IMG/VR virus record: IMGVR_UViG_3300005758_000053
Location: 1 to 25,983 of that record
Reading direction: 5' to 3' (one strand)
DNA length: 25,983 nt
Origin: a virus
Lineage: Duplodnaviria > Caudoviricetes
Shown: positions 23,828-25,983 of the stretch, piece after piece
Layout: each line of letters begins with the position of its first letter
Numbering within the stretch: the stretch's first letter is position 1
Notes under the pieces: model-generated
What the model was told of the DNA's origin: nothing
What the model saw: the letters and a program-made list of their open reading frames with translations, nothing else
Database searches by the model: none
Made by a program: the position numbers and the translations under genes

Positions 23828-25231
23828 TCATCGCCAACGGCCGCCATGGCCAGCTCTTGCGCCAGCACGCGGGAATACGTGCCAGGCCAAGTATCTGACG
23901 CCATCGCCGGGGTGGGAGTAATCCGTCGCACCACCCTTTGCAGGCTTCAAAGTTTTTGGGTCATAACTCCATCGCTCCATCGCACTAATCGTTTCAGGGC
24001 ACGATGCTGGATTGAAGAAAATTAGATTGCGGTGCATGTGAACATTCGCGTGCGCAAGCGTTTCCGCAATTGGCGGATTCCTGCGCTCCGTCACAACCTG
24101 AACACCAGCGGCCCTGAGAATTTCATGATCGCTTTGCGTTGAAGAAGTGGAATCATGAGCGCCACTGGCATCTGGATAGCAAGTTATTTTTCCGCTTGCC
24201 AAGTGACGAGGATAGCTTTTTTGCAGATGCGCAACCAGCGAAAATGTGTCTGATACTTTTGCCTCTGCAAAGCAGTGAAGCTCCTGTCCCTTTGGCCCTG
24301 GCCTTACCACACCATAGACCGAATAGCACTGACCAATGTTAAAGTCTGCCCCAAATACAATTCGTTCGTTCGGCTCTGGGAGGAATACTCCGGTCGTGTG
24401 CTTAGCCCTGTCAAACTCATAAAATACAGTTGCAGACTCAAGATTAACAAATTCCCCATTGAGATACGCTTTAATGAGCTGCGGGTGATACTTTGTTTTA
24501 AGGTCTTCTACAAAGCCGGGGTCAAGATATGGATTGTCTTCCGACTTTCCACGATAAAGTCTTTTGTTGTCTGCCTTTTGTTCCTCAAAAAAGTTATACA
24601 TCCAGCCATAGCCCTCTGGCGTAGATCCAGCCACAATTTGCGGGCAATTTCCAACGCGAACGCGACCCTGCAGCCTGATCATTGCCTTTTCGGCGAGTTC
24701 GGCCCTGGTGGTATCAGTTTCGTCAGACGCAATGCTTGCGGCGTTGACACCAATCAGGCGCTCATAGTTCTCCATTGAGCGCAACAGGACTGGCGTTTCT
24801 CCTCCTGGTAAAAAAAGCTTGAAAACGGGCCTAGGAGATACCTTAAATGTATGCGGAATTCCATATTTTTCAAGAAGTTCGTTCCACTTTGGCAACGCAA
24901 CGTCATCAATGAGCGGAATAGTTGGCTCAAGAAATAAATGCGTAAAACCTTGCGACCTAAAACAAAGCAGCAATTGTTTAATGACAAGAGAATGCGTTTT
25001 GCCGGAGCCGTATCCTCCGCAAAAACCAACATACTTGTGCTCAAAGTCTGTGACAAAATCCCGCTGATATGGCAGCAGGTCTTGAATCATCTTTATTTCA
25101 GCGCTTTTAACATCAAAGGTTGAGTTTGACCGCTTCCTTAAGCGCTGCAACAAAGAGGCATCAGAAAGTAGGCCGAGGCTTTTTGCCGATGCGCGGTCAG
25201 CGTAGGCTGCGGACCTGGATCGAGCTGGCAT
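23828..25231 (-). CDS. terL: Terminase large subunit
   Basis: Q motif LLPYQ, Walker A GGYGSGKT, Walker B ASDETD, coupling motif STPEG, DNPYL, nuclease motifs GADFN, YPDASG and DYSHPGDGVRY. Confidence 0.96.
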   Translation of the reverse strand: MPARSRSAAYADRASAKSLGLLSDASLLQRLRKRSNSTFDVKSAEIKMIQDLLPYQRDFVTDFEHKYVGFCGGYGSGKTHSLVIKQLLLCFRSQGFTHLFLEPTIPLIDDVALPKWNELLEKYGIPHTFKVSPRPVFKLFLPGGETPVLLRSMENYERLIGVNAASIASDETDTTRAELAEKAMIRLQGRVRVGNCPQIVAGSTPEGYGWMYNFFEEQKADNKRLYRGKSEDNPYLDPGFVEDLKTKYHPQLIKAYLNGEFVNLESATVFYEFDRAKHTTGVFLPEPNERIVFGADFNIGQCYSVYGVVRPGPKGQELHCFAEAKVSDTFSLVAHLQKSYPRHLASGKITCYPDASGAHDSTSSTQSDHEILRAAGVQVVTERRNPPIAETLAHANVHMHRNLIFFNPASCPETISAMERWSYDPKTLKPAKGGATDYSHPGDGVRYLAWHVFPRAGARAGHGGRWR

Positions 25232-25236
25232 TTTTC

Positions 25237-25398
25237 TTAAGCAGCCTGCTCAGGGCGCTCGCAAGGCCTAACGGCTATCACCTTGAAGCCGTCCTTTGTT
25301 TTGTATTTTTTGACCACATCTGCATAGTCCTCCCCGCTCACGCGAACATCCCGCGTTCTTTGAGGGTCAATCTGCAGCGTAACCCAGTATTCAGCCAC
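25237..25398 (-). CDS. Hypothetical protein (53 aa)
   Basis: Below the track cutoff. GTG overlaps the end of the nblA-like gene; MAEYWVTLQIDPQRTRDVRVSGEDYADVVKKYKTKDGFKVIAVRPCERPEQAA* stops 5 nt before terL. Confidence 0.65.
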   Translation of the reverse strand: MAEYWVTLQIDPQRTRDVRVSGEDYADVVKKYKTKDGFKVIAVRPCERPEQAA

Positions 25399-25585
25399 TA
25401 AATGATCGGCCCCGAGGGTCGCTTTGCCTGATGGCCCAAATGCTAGCCGCTTTCTGGGTCATCCAGGCGACGAGCAGCTGCTTAGACAGATCCCTGAGAA
25501 CCTGAACGTCACTTGTCCCATCAATGGCTCTGCTCATTTTTTCAATTTCAAACCGCTGAGCAGTGGTAAGTTCAATTGACTCCAT
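25391..25585 (-). CDS. nblA: NblA-like phycobilisome degradation adaptor (64 aa)
   Basis: MESIELTTAQRFEIEKMSRAIDGTSDVQVLRDLSKQLLVAWMTQKAASIWAIRQ fits the NblA pattern (L[ST]xxQxF[EQ], two amphipathic helices, ~60 aa), picocyanobacterial type. Confidence 0.62.
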   Translation of the reverse strand: MESIELTTAQRFEIEKMSRAIDGTSDVQVLRDLSKQLLVAWMTQKAASIWAIRQSDPRGRSFSG

Positions 25586-25587
25586 GA

Positions 25588-25911
25588 TCAATTCATTCCA
25601 ATAGAGAAAAATGAATTAGACTGAAGGACTGGATTTTGCTGCTCTTCCATCGCTACCGTAAGCTTTAGGGCATCCAACTTTTCAGTTGCCTGCTCCATTT
25701 TCTTGGTTGCGTCAATCGCGCTGCACGTCAAAAGAAAAGAAAAAATCCAGCAAATTGCAGCAATTCCAGCGAGCTTGCTTCCAATTAAAACTGAGGCCGG
25801 AATTGCCGCAAAAGCGCAAGATAGGAAAAAACCGGCAATTGCAAGAGTTTTTTTGTGCGTAGCAATTTCACTTTTTAATTCGTTGAAAAGTGCTTTTTCG
25901 TTTTGATTCAT
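25588..25911 (-). CDS. Membrane protein with two predicted TM helices
   Basis: LAIAGFFLSCAFAAIPASVLIG and LAGIAAICWIFSFLLTCSAI. ATG 25911 preferred because ATG 25932 is only a few nt from the -10 box. Confidence 0.7.
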   Translation of the reverse strand: MNQNEKALFNELKSEIATHKKTLAIAGFFLSCAFAAIPASVLIGSKLAGIAAICWIFSFLLTCSAIDATKKMEQATEKLDALKLTVAMEEQQNPVLQSNSFFSIGMN

Positions 25912-25935
25912 GTTTGAGCATGGCTGTGCCATCCA

Positions 25936-25964
25936 ATACTAAGCACGGCAGAGGTAGAGGTCAA
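25936..25964 (-). promoter_or_regulatory. Sigma70-type promoter TTGACC-N17-TAGTAT
   Basis: -35 at 25959-25964, -10 at 25936-25941, exact 17-bp spacer, 24 nt before ATG 25911. Confidence 0.7.
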
Positions 25965-25983
25965 CCCTCTTGCAAAAGAGACG

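Noticed and set aside
1-25983. CRISPR array, tRNA, rRNA, intron/intein, DGR or alternative genetic code
   Set aside because: No spaced repeats, cloverleafs or RT gene seen; terL and capsid are of normal length; TAA, TAG and TGA all end genes at sensible coupled positions.

Overview
The window is the virion morphogenesis (late) region of a tailed dsDNA phage (siphovirus), almost entirely on the minus strand. Right to left: a two-TM membrane protein, an NblA-like protein, a 53-aa ORF, large terminase, portal, scaffold, a cluster of five small Lys/Arg-rich proteins, one lone plus-strand gene, a 95-aa stand-alone gene, major capsid, head-tail joining genes, tail tube, an inserted ~440-aa beta-rich protein, tail assembly chaperones G/GT, a ~2,840-aa tape measure protein, and a lambda-like tail tip block (M, L, K, I and J, with J cut by the window edge). 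The NblA-like gene, mostly SD-less pyrimidine-rich leaders and -10-only promoters suggest a picocyanobacterial host (inference). Main points of interest: (1) the chaperone G-to-T junction needs a +1 (or -2) frameshift at AAA-AGA rather than the usual -1; (2) the region is divided by six terminator hairpins and about ten (GC)TAnnnT boxes, most 21-29 nt before a start codon; (3) the capsid leader has three triloop hairpins; (4) the basic microprotein cluster has possible recoding junctions; (5) an nblA-like auxiliary gene lies just upstream of the terminase. All family assignments come from motif recognition and synteny, not database searches.
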